From positions 70,882,467 through 70,946,466 of the forward strand of contig NC_057711.1 in assembly GCF_004010195.1 (NCBI RefSeq): DNA of 64,000 nucleotides. The letters are read 5' to 3'. The notes under the pieces were generated by a model that saw only the letters and a program-made list of their open reading frames with translations, made no database searches and had not been told where the DNA came from. This stretch comes from Chiloscyllium plagiosum (lineage: Eukaryota). The first letter of the stretch is position 1. Every line of letters starts with the position of its first letter. Shown here in pieces: positions 63,352 to 64,000 of this stretch. Made by a program: the position numbers and the translations under genes.

Positions 63352-64000
63352 GTCATAGAGCAATAGAGTCTTAGAGTCATATAGATGTACAACATGGAAA
63401 CAGACCTTTCAGACCAACTCGTCCATGCCGACCAGATATCCAACCCAATCTAGTCCCACTTACCAGCATCTGGTCCATCTCCCTCCAAACCCTTCCTATT
63501 CACATACCCCATCCAGATGCCTTTTAAATGTTGCAATTGTACTAGCTTCCACCACTTCCTCTGGCATTTCATTCCATACACGTACCACCCTCTGTGTGAA
63601 AAAATTAGATCTCTATAAGATCACCCCTCAGCCTCCGACGCTCCTATTCCTCTATTTTATATTCCCCTATTTTATTCCCAATTTCATAGTTCATGCACTA
63701 CTTCAACACAGCTTACATTATAAAGCTACATAGCCTATATTTTCCCCTCTAACTCTAAACCTATACCTTCTAGCTCTGGAGTCCCCCACCCCAGGGAGAA
63801 AACTTTGTCTATTTATCCTTTCCATGCCCCTCTTGGTTTTATAAATGTCTATAAGGTCAACCCTCAGCCTCCGACGCTCCAGGGCAAATAGCCCCAGCCT
63901 ATTCAACCTCTCCCTATAGCTGATATCCTCCAACTCTGGCAACATCTTTGTAAATCTTTTCTGAATCCTTTCAAGTCTCACAAGATCCTTCTGATAGGAA
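63352..64000 (-). mobile_element. CR1 3' end, rearranged; continues past the window's right edge
   Basis: (AGAGTCAT)-type tail and minus frame LERIQKRFTKMLPELED..RRRLRVDLI. Confidence 0.88.

Noticed and set aside
1..64000. CRISPR arrays, rRNA genes or prokaryotic operons
   Set aside because: No regularly spaced repeat-spacer arrays or dense coding regions; the sequence is eukaryotic repeat-rich DNA.

Overview
Vertebrate, most likely cartilaginous-fish (shark-like), intronic or intergenic DNA. The taxon is inferred from HE1-type tRNA/V-SINEs, CR1 LINEs with an esterase ORF1 and abundant Penelope-like elements (PLEs). I could not recognise any host protein-coding exon. Every ORF I could recognise comes from a decayed transposable element: CR1 LINEs, PLEs with RT and GIY-YIG domains, a Ty3/gypsy RT relic, TA-targeting pogo/Tc1-type MITEs and several SINEs, often nested. 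Three observations stand out. (1) A young, non-autonomous ~495-nt PLE derivative fuses the ORF N-terminus directly to the 3' pseudo-LTR. It carries a minimal hammerhead-ribozyme-like motif, and its family inserts as tandem or hairpin arrays with ~15-bp target-site duplications at three sites (a retrozyme-like architecture). (2) Hammerhead-like cores occur in four different PLE families, with stems that differ in sequence but keep pairing. (3) A perfect 195-bp inverted templated insertion sits inside a PLE terminus. Coordinates were read by eye and may be off by a few bases for old elements.
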